DNA of 64,000 bases, from positions 32,001 to 96,000 of the IMG/VR virus record IMGVR_UViG_3300030330_005258, one strand, 5' to 3'. Position 1 is the stretch's first letter; the number at the start of each line of letters is the position of its first letter. Of the stretch, positions 23,767 through 34,203 are shown one piece after another. The DNA is from a virus. Its lineage: Duplodnaviria; Caudoviricetes. Made by a program: the position numbers and the translations under genes. Under the pieces are notes generated by a model. That model made no database searches. It was not told the DNA's origin and worked only from the letters and a program-made list of their open reading frames with translations.

Positions 23767-25035
23767 ATGACAAAGAAAAAGATTTTGGTCCTGTCGGACC
23801 ACCCGCTATCACCATCTGGTGTTGGCTCACAAACAAAGTATGTAATTGAAGCCCTCCTAAAGACCGGACGCTATCAATTCATTTGCCTTGGCGGGGCGAT
23901 GAAGCACAAAGATTATACACCGCAAAAGGTTGATCCCTGGGGTGATGATTTTCGTATTTTCCCTGTCGATGGATACGGTAATCATGAAATTATTCGTTCT
24001 GTTTTGCAAAAAGAGCGCCCCGACGCACTCTGGTTTATGACCGACCCTCGCTTTTATGGTTGGCTTTGGGAAATTGAAAATGAGATTCGTGCAAATATCC
24101 CAATGATTTATTATCATGTTTGGGACAACTTTCCTCCTCCTTACTTCAACGCGGACTTTTATAATTCCAATGATGTGGTTGCCTGCATATCCAAGGTCAC
24201 ACACGAAATTGTTAAATCTGTAGCACCAGAAGTTGACTCCGTTTATTTGCCACATGCAGTAAACGAGTTGTTCTTTTGTCCTGCAAAGTCAGAGGAAGAT
24301 AAAGCCGTTGTTAATAACCTGAGAGCAGATCTAACAAGGCAAAATAAAAATAAAAAAATATTCTTTTGGAACAATCGAAATGCTAGAAGAAAACAAAGTG
24401 GTACTCTAATATGGTGGTTCAAAGAATGGCTTGATAAGGTTGGTCATGATAAAGCCATGTTGCTTATGCATACTGACGCAAAGGACCCACACGGGCAAGA
24501 CCTTCCTCATATAATAAATCATCTAGGTTTACATCAAGGACAAGTATTGTTATCAACCACCAAGGTGGCTCCACAACAATTAGCAAATTTGTATAGAGCA
24601 GCGGACTATACGATTAATATATCTGATGCCGAAGGATTCGGTTTGGCAACTCTTGAGTCTTTATCATGTGGCACACCAATAATTGTCAATATGACAGGCG
24701 GTTTGCAAGAACAAGTTACTGATGGTAAAAACTTTTTTGGTTTTGCAATAAATCCTTCATCAAAAACTGTCATTGGCTCATTGCAAGTTCCTTACATTTA
24801 TGAAGATAGAATTTCACAAACAGATTTTGAAAAATCTTTAACTAAAGCGCTAAGATTGCCATCAAAAAAATATCGTCAAATGTCTGCGGCTGGACGAAGG
24901 CACGTCCTAAAATCATACAATTTTGAAAAGTTTGAAAAGTCTTGGGTTGATTTGATGGATAAGGTTATAGAAGAAAATGGCTCTTGGGAAAATAGAAAAC
25001 AATATAAAAATTGGCATCTTATGGAGGTAGCATGA
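23767..25035 (+). CDS. GT-B (GT4-like) glycosyltransferase
   Basis: NRNARRK, AEGFGLATLESLSCGTPII...GGLQE. Confidence 0.88.
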   Translation: MTKKKILVLSDHPLSPSGVGSQTKYVIEALLKTGRYQFICLGGAMKHKDYTPQKVDPWGDDFRIFPVDGYGNHEIIRSVLQKERPDALWFMTDPRFYGWLWEIENEIRANIPMIYYHVWDNFPPPYFNADFYNSNDVVACISKVTHEIVKSVAPEVDSVYLPHAVNELFFCPAKSEEDKAVVNNLRADLTRQNKNKKIFFWNNRNARRKQSGTLIWWFKEWLDKVGHDKAMLLMHTDAKDPHGQDLPHIINHLGLHQGQVLLSTTKVAPQQLANLYRAADYTINISDAEGFGLATLESLSCGTPIIVNMTGGLQEQVTDGKNFFGFAINPSSKTVIGSLQVPYIYEDRISQTDFEKSLTKALRLPSKKYRQMSAAGRRHVLKSYNFEKFEKSWVDLMDKVIEENGSWENRKQYKNWHLMEVA

Positions 25036-26276
25036 GAAAAAAGATACTGTTAAAAGGACCGTTACTGACCCGCTCCGGCTATGGCGAACAGGCAAGATTT
25101 GCACTACGCTCTCTAAGGTCCAGAGAAGATTTATTTGATATTTTTATCCAACCACTACAGTGGGGGCAAACTTCTTGGACAAACGAAGTAAACGAAGAAA
25201 GACTTTGGATTGACCAAACAATTGAAAAAACAATAGCCTATATTCAGCAAGGGGGCACCTTCGATATGTCTCTACAGGTTACAATTCCAAATGAGTTTCA
25301 AAAAATTGCACACTACAACATTGGTTATACAGCGGGCATTGAAACAACAAAGGCAGCCCCACAGTGGCTTGTAAAATGCAATGAAATGGATAAAATTATA
25401 ACGATATCAAGTTTTTCAAAAAGTGTTCTGGACTCAACTGAATACCAAGCACAAGTCAAGGAGACTGGAGAAAATGTCATTGTTAGAACTGAAACTGATG
25501 TAGAATTTGTTAATTATCCAGTTAAGGTTTATGATGAATTACCAGAACTAGATCTGGACATTACAACTTCTTTCAACTTTCTCACTGTAGCCCAGTTTGG
25601 TCCAAGAAAAAACCTACAAAATACCATAAAATGGTTTGTAGAAGAATTTAGAAATGATGATGTTGGATTAGTTGTTAAATCAAATATTGCAAAAAACTCG
25701 TTAATAGATCGAAATACACTCAAAGGCAATATTTCTTCCTTACTACAGTCATTGGGCGATAGACAGTGTAAAGTCTACTTGTTACATGGAGATATGACTG
25801 ATGAAGAAATGCACTCTCTGTATAAAAACGAAAAGATTAATGCATTTGTTTCTCTCCCACATGGTGAGGGGTTTGGGCTTCCTCTATTTGAGGCAGCATA
25901 CTCTGAACTTCCTGTAGTTACGGTAGGCTGGTCTGGACAAATGGACTTTCTTGTAGATGAGCAGGGTCAAGAACAATTTTATAATGTTGCCTTTGATCTA
26001 CAACAAGTTCAAAAAGAGGTTGTTTGGGACGGCGTCATAGTGGCGGACAGTATGTGGGCATATGCTCGCGAAGGCTCTGCAAAGCAACAGATGAGGCTTT
26101 GTTACGAGCATGGAATTGCGGGAACAACAAAGTGGGATAATTCTCGAATTACAGAGCGCTTTTCTAGCGAAAAGATGTATAGTAAATTTGTCAGCGCCAC
26201 GGGCATACATAATTTTGTGAGCGATGATAATGTTGATGAGTGGCTGGATAGTTTAGGAATCGAAGAGTATGAATGA
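25032..26276 (+). CDS. GT-B (GT4-like) glycosyltransferase
   Basis: RSGYG, RKN, HGEGFGLPLFEAA...WSGQMDF. Confidence 0.88.
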   Translation: MRKKILLKGPLLTRSGYGEQARFALRSLRSREDLFDIFIQPLQWGQTSWTNEVNEERLWIDQTIEKTIAYIQQGGTFDMSLQVTIPNEFQKIAHYNIGYTAGIETTKAAPQWLVKCNEMDKIITISSFSKSVLDSTEYQAQVKETGENVIVRTETDVEFVNYPVKVYDELPELDLDITTSFNFLTVAQFGPRKNLQNTIKWFVEEFRNDDVGLVVKSNIAKNSLIDRNTLKGNISSLLQSLGDRQCKVYLLHGDMTDEEMHSLYKNEKINAFVSLPHGEGFGLPLFEAAYSELPVVTVGWSGQMDFLVDEQGQEQFYNVAFDLQQVQKEVVWDGVIVADSMWAYAREGSAKQQMRLCYEHGIAGTTKWDNSRITERFSSEKMYSKFVSATGIHNFVSDDNVDEWLDSLGIEEYE

Positions 26277-27114
26277 AATTGTTTATATAGCTGACTCGAT
26301 GTATCCAGAATTCATTGGCGGCGGCGAATTAAACGATTATGAACTTTGTGAAATTTTAAAAAACAATGTTAATGTTCAAAAAATAAAATCTTCAAATGTT
26401 ACAACTGATTTTTTATCAAAAAATGAAGACTGCTTTTTTATATTATCAAATTTTTTATTATTGAATAAAAATTGTTATAATTTCATACTAAACAATTTAA
26501 AATATGTTATTTATGAACATGACCATAAATATTTGAGGTCTAGAAATCCAGCAGAATATATTAATTATCAAGCTCCGCAATCAGAGATAGTAAACAAACA
26601 GCTTTACATAAATGCAATAGCGGTATTGTGCCAAAGCTCTTTTCATAAAAATATAATAGAAAAGAACACCGGCTTAAAAAACGTTGTAAATTTGTCTGGA
26701 AATTTATGGAGTATGGCAACCCTTGACGTTCTAGAGAAAAATAGCTTGAAACCAAAGCATGATTTAGTTTCTATAATGAAAAGCAATAACTGGCATAAAA
26801 ATACTTCAGATGCTATCTCATACTGCGCAGCCAAAAAACTAAATTACGAATTAATCCATGCCGCTCCATATGAAAAGTTTTTAAACAATTTGTCAAACAA
26901 CAACAAGCTAGTATTCTTCCCAAAGACTCCAGAAACTTTATCAAGAATTTGTGTAGAAGCGAGAATGATGGGAATGTCAGTAGTAACAAACAAGAATGTT
27001 GGTGCTTCATATGAAGATTGGTTTTCTCTGAAAGGTAAAAAAATGATAGATTTTATGAAAAATAAAAGAATTGAAATTAGTCAAGTTATTAAGGATCTGA
27101 TAAGTGAAAAATAA
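26269..27114 (+). CDS. divergent GT-B glycosyltransferase
   Basis: GGGE, PETLSRICVEARMMG. Confidence 0.65.
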   Translation: MNEIVYIADSMYPEFIGGGELNDYELCEILKNNVNVQKIKSSNVTTDFLSKNEDCFFILSNFLLLNKNCYNFILNNLKYVIYEHDHKYLRSRNPAEYINYQAPQSEIVNKQLYINAIAVLCQSSFHKNIIEKNTGLKNVVNLSGNLWSMATLDVLEKNSLKPKHDLVSIMKSNNWHKNTSDAISYCAAKKLNYELIHAAPYEKFLNNLSNNNKLVFFPKTPETLSRICVEARMMGMSVVTNKNVGASYEDWFSLKGKKMIDFMKNKRIEISQVIKDLISEK

Positions 27115-27853
27115 ATTTTTAATTGTAATGCCTTTTTACAACGCCCAGAAGTGGGTATCAAAAAGCATTAAAAGCGTAAAGTTGCAAAATTATGACAACT
27201 TTCATTGCATTGTCGCGGATGATTGTTCAACAGACCAATCTTACGAGATTTGTAAACAATCAATTGGTAATGACAATAGGTTTACACTTATCAGGAGCGA
27301 GACTAATTTAGGTCCACTTGGAAACGCCTATGAAGCAGCCATGAATCACGGAAAGAACAAAGACGATATTATTGTAATATTAGATGGTGATGATTTTTTT
27401 TATAGCCCCAATACTTTGCAAATTTTAAATGATGCGTACAATGCTAATGATTGCTGGATGACATATGGTAGTTATATTAACCTATCAAATAAAAATGTTG
27501 GTAAATTTTCAAGACAACTACCACAGAAAGTAATTAAAGAGAATTTATTCAGGAATTATGAGTGGTGTACATCACACTTGAGAAGTTATAAACTTGGTTT
27601 ACTACAAAGTGTCAGAAGACAAGATCTTTTAGATGAAGAGGGGAGATACATTCGCGCCGCTGGTGACTTGGCATTAATGTTCCCATTGCTGGAGATGAGT
27701 TCTGAGCGTTCACAATTTATAAAAGATATTCTTTATATCTGGAACGACTTAAACGAAATGAACGAACATAAAACCAAAAGGGAACTACAAATAAAAAGCG
27801 AGCTATACATTAGAAACATGACAAAGTATAATAGAATTGAGGAATTAGTATGA
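27104..27853 (+). CDS. GT2 glycosyltransferase
   Basis: MPFYNA, DDCSTD, LDGDD. Confidence 0.88.
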   Translation: MKNKFLIVMPFYNAQKWVSKSIKSVKLQNYDNFHCIVADDCSTDQSYEICKQSIGNDNRFTLIRSETNLGPLGNAYEAAMNHGKNKDDIIVILDGDDFFYSPNTLQILNDAYNANDCWMTYGSYINLSNKNVGKFSRQLPQKVIKENLFRNYEWCTSHLRSYKLGLLQSVRRQDLLDEEGRYIRAAGDLALMFPLLEMSSERSQFIKDILYIWNDLNEMNEHKTKRELQIKSELYIRNMTKYNRIEELV

Positions 27854-28707
27854 CAATTGAAAAAAACAAACTCTACTTGGTTACTGGTGCAACAGGTTTT
27901 CTTGGGCAGACATTGGTTGAGAAAATCATAGCCCTCGGAGGGCGCGTTAGGGCTTTTAGTAGAAACGAAGGGAAGCTAATAACTTTAAAGCAAGCATTCC
28001 CAAGTGTTGAAATATACACAGGTGATATATCAGATAAGTTTGAAACTAGACAAGCGATGGCTGGCGTGGATGGAGTTTTTCATCTTGCCGCATCTAAGCA
28101 CGTTGGTCTCGCCGAGACATACAGCAGAGAATGCACAAAAACTAATGTTATTGGTAGCCTTAACATTCTGGAAGAATCATTAGATAGCAAGCTTGATTTT
28201 GTAATCGGAATTAGTACAGACAAAGCAGCCCAAGTTAGTGGCGTTTACGGAGCCTCTAAGTTGCTTATGGAAAGACTATTTCTTCAGTTTGAAAGAGTCA
28301 ATCCAGGCACAAGTTATAGAATTGTTAGATATGGAAATGTCCTTTATTCCACAGGCTCTGTTCTCTGCAAGTGGAAAGATTTATTATTGCAAGGAAAGCA
28401 GGTTATTGTGACTGACCCCGCCGCAACAAGGTTTTTTTGGACCCGCGACCAAGCAGTTGAATTAATTTTTTCTTGTCTTGAGAAGGCGCCTAGTGCCCAT
28501 CCTTGGGTACCACAAATGAGATCAATGACAATAGGTGATTTATTGACAGCCATGTCCACAAAATATTTACCAGAAGGCTGCGCTCTTGATATAAAACAAA
28601 TAGGTTTACAGCCCGGCGAGAACTTACATGAAAAGATAATGGAAGAAGGACCCGCTTCAAATGAAGTTGAACGATTTTCCATAGATGAAATAATGGAGAT
28701 TATCTAA
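27850..28707 (+). CDS. UDP-sugar 4,6-dehydratase (PseB/CapD-like)
   Basis: TGATGFLG, AASKHV, STDKA, YGASK, RYGNV..STGSV, TRF, PGENLHE. Confidence 0.88.
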   Translation: MTIEKNKLYLVTGATGFLGQTLVEKIIALGGRVRAFSRNEGKLITLKQAFPSVEIYTGDISDKFETRQAMAGVDGVFHLAASKHVGLAETYSRECTKTNVIGSLNILEESLDSKLDFVIGISTDKAAQVSGVYGASKLLMERLFLQFERVNPGTSYRIVRYGNVLYSTGSVLCKWKDLLLQGKQVIVTDPAATRFFWTRDQAVELIFSCLEKAPSAHPWVPQMRSMTIGDLLTAMSTKYLPEGCALDIKQIGLQPGENLHEKIMEEGPASNEVERFSIDEIMEII

Positions 28708-30299
28708 TGAAAATAGCCGGTCTTTGTTCTGGGCATGACTGCTCATTTGCAGTTTTGGAAGATGGGGTGCCTGTTATTCATGCAGAGCTTGAGAGGTACT
28801 TGAGAGTAAAAGAGCCACTCGGTGACTCACTTGAATTTCTTTTTGACACATATCCAGAGTTTAACGATATAAAACACTTCACTCATTGTGTGGATACTTG
28901 GAATGGTGGTATAAGAAATAGATACCCTTCTACATTCAAAAATATGCAAAATATCTTAAACAAAAACTCTGGTAAATTTTATGAACCGGGTCACCATGAG
29001 TCGCACGCTGCTAACGCGTTTTTTTCTAGCAATTTTGATGACGCCTTGATCGTGACGATTGACGGCGGCGGTAGGGATTATGATAAAAACGGAAATGTAA
29101 TCATAACAACTTTTACAATTTGGAAAGGCGAAGGAAACAAGATTAAGCCAATTATCATAATCCCAATAGAAAAACTCAATCTTGGTGTAATGTGGCAATT
29201 ATGCACGACAAATATTTTTGGTTTATCAGGAGGGTACCCAAAGGGAAATCAAGCTGGTTCCGTAATGGCAATGGCTGTAATGGGAGACCCGTCAGAGCAT
29301 TATAGTTACTTTAAAATGTATGGCGGTAATATACAACACACGAATTTTGACTTTGAAAGATTTAGGAAGCTAGCAAATGAATCAGAAGAACAAAGGTTTA
29401 ATATTGCAGCATCATTACAAAAAGTAACGGAAGATATAGTCAGATCTATCATACTCAAGTATGCAAAAAAGTATCCTTCAAAAAATCTTTGCCTATCTGG
29501 TGGGGTTGTATTAAATTCTGTGATGTCTGGCAAAATGTTTGACTGGTTTAAGGATATGTATGATGATATATATATGTGCCCAGTGCCATATGATGCAGGT
29601 CTTGCAATTGGTGCAGCACAGTGGCTATGGCATCAAGAACTAGACAACCCTCGAATATCTTGGGACAAAAATGCCACCCCATATCTTGGAGAGCTTTATA
29701 ATAAAAATGATGTAATCTCGGCAATTGAAAAATTCGATGATAGAGTAATATCACATCAAGCTGATGATCAATCAGTGTTAGAGAAGCTCGCCGATCAAAA
29801 AATTGTTTCTGTATTCACGGGTGGTTCAGAATCTGGTCGCCGCGCTCTTGGCAACAGAAGTATTTTGGCAGACCCAAGATCTCCAAATATGAAGGATATT
29901 ATAAATGAAAAAGTCAAGCATAGGCAATGGTATAGACCGTTTGCGCCTGCCATATTAAGAGAGCGAGTCACAGACTGGTTTGTAAGAGATATTGAAAGCC
30001 CTTATATGGGTTTTGTAATAAAATTTAAAAACGATGTAATTGACAAAGTTCCAGCAGTAGTACACCACGACGGCTCAGGTAGGCTTCAGACTGTAAGAGA
30101 AACTGATAATAAATGGTTCTACAACTTTTTAAAGAAATGGGAGGACCTTACAGAAGTGCCAATACTATTAAACACTAGTTTTAATGATAGAGAACCGATT
30201 GTCGAAACGCCAGAAGATGCAATAAAATGTTTCTTAAAGACCGACATAGATTATTTGTATTTTTGTGATTACAATATTGTTTTAGAAAAGAAGGTGTAA
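28707..30299 (+). CDS. O-carbamoyltransferase (NodU/CmcH family)
   Basis: GHD, HHESHA, DGGG, GGVVLN, RALGNRSILADP, RPFAP, DGSGRLQT, LNTSFN. Confidence 0.93.
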   Translation: MKIAGLCSGHDCSFAVLEDGVPVIHAELERYLRVKEPLGDSLEFLFDTYPEFNDIKHFTHCVDTWNGGIRNRYPSTFKNMQNILNKNSGKFYEPGHHESHAANAFFSSNFDDALIVTIDGGGRDYDKNGNVIITTFTIWKGEGNKIKPIIIIPIEKLNLGVMWQLCTTNIFGLSGGYPKGNQAGSVMAMAVMGDPSEHYSYFKMYGGNIQHTNFDFERFRKLANESEEQRFNIAASLQKVTEDIVRSIILKYAKKYPSKNLCLSGGVVLNSVMSGKMFDWFKDMYDDIYMCPVPYDAGLAIGAAQWLWHQELDNPRISWDKNATPYLGELYNKNDVISAIEKFDDRVISHQADDQSVLEKLADQKIVSVFTGGSESGRRALGNRSILADPRSPNMKDIINEKVKHRQWYRPFAPAILRERVTDWFVRDIESPYMGFVIKFKNDVIDKVPAVVHHDGSGRLQTVRETDNKWFYNFLKKWEDLTEVPILLNTSFNDREPIVETPEDAIKCFLKTDIDYLYFCDYNIVLEKKV

Positions 30300-30300
30300 T

Positions 30301-32076
30301 GTGACAATTCCTACAATCTTTATTCCTATATGTGATCAAAATTTGTGGATATTAAAAATATATTCACATTTGTTTAAAAAGTTTTGGGGTGACGAGCAAC
30401 CGGTGGTTGTTCTTGGATTTGGAAAGCCTGATTTTGAATTACCAAAAAACTTCACATTTGTTTCACTAGCAGAGAAACAAGAGGGCGGTGCGTCTAAGTG
30501 GACAAGATACCTCTATAATTATTTTTCTTCGATTGAAGATGAACATGTGATTTTTACATTAGAAGACTTCTTCCCAATCCAGAAACCGAATATAGAGGTT
30601 TTAAATTCTCTGTATAGCTTTGCTAAAAAACATGACATAGGGAGATGTGATATAACTTGGGATTCTTATGTTAATATTTTCGATAAAAATAATATCGCTA
30701 CCAGAAGCAAGAGTTATAAAGTATTAGCAAAGAATGATGATTTTGTTATTTTAGATATTCCAAAAAATGCCCCATATAGGATCTCAACCCAGCCATCCAT
30801 TTGGCAAAGACAGTATTTGCTAAATTTTTTGAACAACGACTGGTCGCCCTGGGATTTTGAAATACGTGGGACACATGAATCTTCCAAGTCAGATAAAAAA
30901 ATAATCGCTATTGCGGATTCAACATTTGTAAACTATCCCACCAAATGGATTCACAAAGGTGCTGTCTCAAGATACCACGAAGGAAAAATTAATGTTCTTG
31001 GCTTAGATATCAAGACAATCAAAGAATTAATTGACTTAGACCTAGTTCAGCAAGAGAATCTTCAATGGGGTCAATGGAATGGAAGCGTGCCGACCTTTGA
31101 TGAATTAGGTGGCTTTGATTTTCACCCAGTTAAGATGCCCGCACACGAAGCTTCCGCAACGAATTGGAAAGAATATCAAAACATCTACAATCCTGATAAA
31201 GAAATCGTAAACCTGTTTGATAACACCTTTTCTCATACTAAAGACTTATGGGGATATATAACTGCAACCGGCGTCAAGATGTGGGGTAAGCCCCAGAAGA
31301 TAGAATTTATTAAAAATAAAATGAACTATGATGGTATAACTTTTTTTGTGGACGATTACATATCAAATATCAATCTTGTTAAAGCGGTAAATAGTAAATA
31401 TAAAGTTGCTTGGTTGCTAGAGCCAAAAGAGTTAAAGCCAAATCCATACATGGCTGTTGAACATCACTCAGACGAATTTGATCTTGTCATAACCCACGAC
31501 AGCCAGCTAATACAGCGATTTAAAAATTGTAAGCATATTCAACAAGCTGAATGTAGAGTCGCTCATGAAGATTGGGGCATTCACAAAAAAGACAAAATGG
31601 TCTCTTTAATAGCAGCTAACAAAAAAATGATGGAAGGTCATCGATTTAGGTTTACTGTCGCGGAAAAACTACACGCAAAGCACAACTTTGATCTTTACGG
31701 CGCTGCTTTCAATAATAGATTTGAAAACAAAACTGATGCCTTAAAAGATTACTATTTTTCAATTACAATCCACAATACAATACAAGATAATTTTTTTACT
31801 GATGGTATTGTTGATTGCTTTGCACTTGGAACTATCCCTATATTTAGAGGTTGCCCCAACATAGGCAAGTTTTTTAACAAAGATGGCATAATATGCTTTA
31901 ATACAATAGATGAATTGGATGTCATATTAACTAACTTGACAGAAAAAGATTACTATGATAGGATAGAGGCAGTTAAAGAAAACTATGAAATATCTAAAAG
32001 ATTTAAAAGAACCAACGAAGACCAAATAATAGATGATGTATTGACATACTTAACAAACTTGGAGAAAGAACAATGA
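30301..32076 (+). CDS. two-domain glycosyltransferase (GT-A-like + GT10-like)
   Basis: N-terminal LEDF, QPSIW, PWDFE; C-terminal YYFSITIHN...DCFALGTIPIFRG. Confidence 0.7.
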   Translation: MTIPTIFIPICDQNLWILKIYSHLFKKFWGDEQPVVVLGFGKPDFELPKNFTFVSLAEKQEGGASKWTRYLYNYFSSIEDEHVIFTLEDFFPIQKPNIEVLNSLYSFAKKHDIGRCDITWDSYVNIFDKNNIATRSKSYKVLAKNDDFVILDIPKNAPYRISTQPSIWQRQYLLNFLNNDWSPWDFEIRGTHESSKSDKKIIAIADSTFVNYPTKWIHKGAVSRYHEGKINVLGLDIKTIKELIDLDLVQQENLQWGQWNGSVPTFDELGGFDFHPVKMPAHEASATNWKEYQNIYNPDKEIVNLFDNTFSHTKDLWGYITATGVKMWGKPQKIEFIKNKMNYDGITFFVDDYISNINLVKAVNSKYKVAWLLEPKELKPNPYMAVEHHSDEFDLVITHDSQLIQRFKNCKHIQQAECRVAHEDWGIHKKDKMVSLIAANKKMMEGHRFRFTVAEKLHAKHNFDLYGAAFNNRFENKTDALKDYYFSITIHNTIQDNFFTDGIVDCFALGTIPIFRGCPNIGKFFNKDGIICFNTIDELDVILTNLTEKDYYDRIEAVKENYEISKRFKRTNEDQIIDDVLTYLTNLEKEQ

Positions 32077-32813
32077 GTAAGATAAGAATCAGTGTGTTGT
32101 GTCCAACTAGAAAGAGAATGGCACTCATGAGAAGAGTTGCTGAAAAATGCTTTGAAACATGCCATAATCCAGAGCAAATTGAGCTTATTTTTGGTATAGA
32201 TGACGACGACACTGAATCAATAGAAATGGCTCAGGCATTACAAAAAGAGCTAGCTCCGAATAACATAGAATACATTGTATGGCCAAGAAACAAGTTTATA
32301 TTTTCTGATTTAATTAATCAATGCTCCAAGCCAGGGAAAGGAGAAATTTTTAATATTATGTCTGATGATGCTATACACAACTCTAAAGATTGGGATAAAA
32401 TAGCATTAGAGATATTCGATAACCACCCAGACAAAATAATTTTATTACAGACAAGCGGCGGCGCTAACCAAAGCACAGGATTTCCATTTATGCATAGAAA
32501 CTGGAGAGATGCAGCAGGCTACTTGCTGTCTCCAATTTTTGAGGGCGACTGGGGAGATTATTGGCTGACGGATGTTATAAGGGGTCTGCCAGGAAATAGA
32601 TTTGTTTTTTCAACAGATATCGAAATCAGACATCTCCATGCCGAGTGGGGTCACATGGAAAAAGACGAAACGTATTATGAACATCTGAAAGAAAGGCAAG
32701 CGCAAGAAGCGTTGCCAAGAGAGCAACACCCATATCATGGCATCGAGGGGACAAGACTTAAGAACTTGGAAATTCAAAAGTTAAACAATTTTATTAAAAA
32801 CTATAACAAATAG
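32073..32813 (+). CDS. GT2-like glycosyltransferase
   Basis: ISVLCPTRKR, IDDDD, MSDDA, D.WL, HLH. Confidence 0.75.
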   Translation: MSKIRISVLCPTRKRMALMRRVAEKCFETCHNPEQIELIFGIDDDDTESIEMAQALQKELAPNNIEYIVWPRNKFIFSDLINQCSKPGKGEIFNIMSDDAIHNSKDWDKIALEIFDNHPDKIILLQTSGGANQSTGFPFMHRNWRDAAGYLLSPIFEGDWGDYWLTDVIRGLPGNRFVFSTDIEIRHLHAEWGHMEKDETYYEHLKERQAQEALPREQHPYHGIEGTRLKNLEIQKLNNFIKNYNK

Positions 32814-32825
32814 GAATATGTAATA

Positions 32826-33245
32826 ATGCATGAAAAGAGAAAATATTTGCCCACTCTATCTGAATTGATTGATAGGCTTTCGATTGTACAACTAAAAGAG
32901 GTCTTTATAACTGACCACAAGGAAGAATATGCAAAAGAAATTTCTGATATTTTGCATGATATTGAGTTGACAATTAAAGAAAACAATGTTACTTTAGATA
33001 GTGAGACAATAAGAGCAATAGTAGTATTATCTCAAATGAATCTGCATATCTGGCATAATGAATCTAACTACCGAAAAGGAATTAGAGACGGCAACAATCT
33101 TGAACTTACTCATGGACTGAATGGCATTAGAAATACTGCAAAGAATATAATTCAAGAAATTGTCGGCGGCAGAAAAGACTACAAGATAGATTGTCTCGCA
33201 GCAGAATTTAAAGACTGGGAAATAAGTTGGAGTCAAGATGAATAA
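32826..33245 (+). CDS. DUF4254-like helical protein
   Basis: ELIDRLSIVQLK...NLHIWH...N..RN. Confidence 0.6.
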   Translation: MHEKRKYLPTLSELIDRLSIVQLKEVFITDHKEEYAKEISDILHDIELTIKENNVTLDSETIRAIVVLSQMNLHIWHNESNYRKGIRDGNNLELTHGLNGIRNTAKNIIQEIVGGRKDYKIDCLAAEFKDWEISWSQDE

Positions 33246-34200
33246 TAAAAAACTTTTAGTTTGTGGTGGCACCGGCTTTATGGGCAGAAATATAGCGAAT
33301 TATTTCAATTCGCTTGCTGGCTATGAAGTTCATATTACAGGCTACAAGAGACAAATTGCAGATTGGCCAGAGAGTCAATATCACCAGATCGATCTAACAT
33401 CACGACAAGATGTCAATCAACTATTTGAAAAAAACAACTTTGATGTTGTAATACAAGCAGCCGCAAATACCTCCGGCTCAAAGGATATCCTAGAGCGTCC
33501 ATACCTGCATGTAACAGATAATGCGATAATGAATTCAATAATTTTGCAAGCTTGTTATGATCATTTTGTTGGTCATTTTTTGTTCTTAAGTTGTGGAGTT
33601 ATGTATAATCCTGACAGGAGCCCAGTAACTGAACAAGATTTTTTTCTAGACGAGGGCATATATTCTAAATATTTTGGCGTCGGATGGACAAAGGTTTACG
33701 TTGAAAAGATGTGTGAGTTCTTTGCCGGGCTTGGCAGGACTAAGCACACCGCAATCAGACATAGTAACACTTACGGACCTCATGATAAGTATGATCTTGA
33801 GAAGTCTCACATGTTTGGTGCCACAATCACAAAAGTAATGAAGGCACAAGACGGTGAAGAGATAGTTGTATGGGGTGATGGTTCCACCGAGAGAGATTTA
33901 CTTTACGTTGATGACGTTGTTGATTTCATTCACAAAGCAATCGACAATCAAAAAAATCACTATGAACTTTATAATGTTGGATATGGAAAATCTTTTTCAG
34001 TAAAACAAATAGTTGAAAAAATAGTATCGATTTCTGGCAAAAATCTTTCAATAACTCATGATTTGACAAAGCCGAGTATTAACACGAAGTTGGCTTTGCT
34101 ATCAGATAAGGCGTTTAAAGAATTGGGCTGGGAGCCGAAGGTTTCAATTGATGATGGCATAGCCAAAACCATCGCGTGGTATAAAAACAATATAGGATAA
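33238..34200 (+). CDS. NAD-dependent epimerase/reductase-like SDR (GDP-fucose synthase-like)
   Basis: GGTGFMG, RHSNTYGPHD, VWGDG..RD. Confidence 0.85.
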   Translation: MNNKKLLVCGGTGFMGRNIANYFNSLAGYEVHITGYKRQIADWPESQYHQIDLTSRQDVNQLFEKNNFDVVIQAAANTSGSKDILERPYLHVTDNAIMNSIILQACYDHFVGHFLFLSCGVMYNPDRSPVTEQDFFLDEGIYSKYFGVGWTKVYVEKMCEFFAGLGRTKHTAIRHSNTYGPHDKYDLEKSHMFGATITKVMKAQDGEEIVVWGDGSTERDLLYVDDVVDFIHKAIDNQKNHYELYNVGYGKSFSVKQIVEKIVSISGKNLSITHDLTKPSINTKLALLSDKAFKELGWEPKVSIDDGIAKTIAWYKNNIG

Positions 34201-34203
34201 CAA

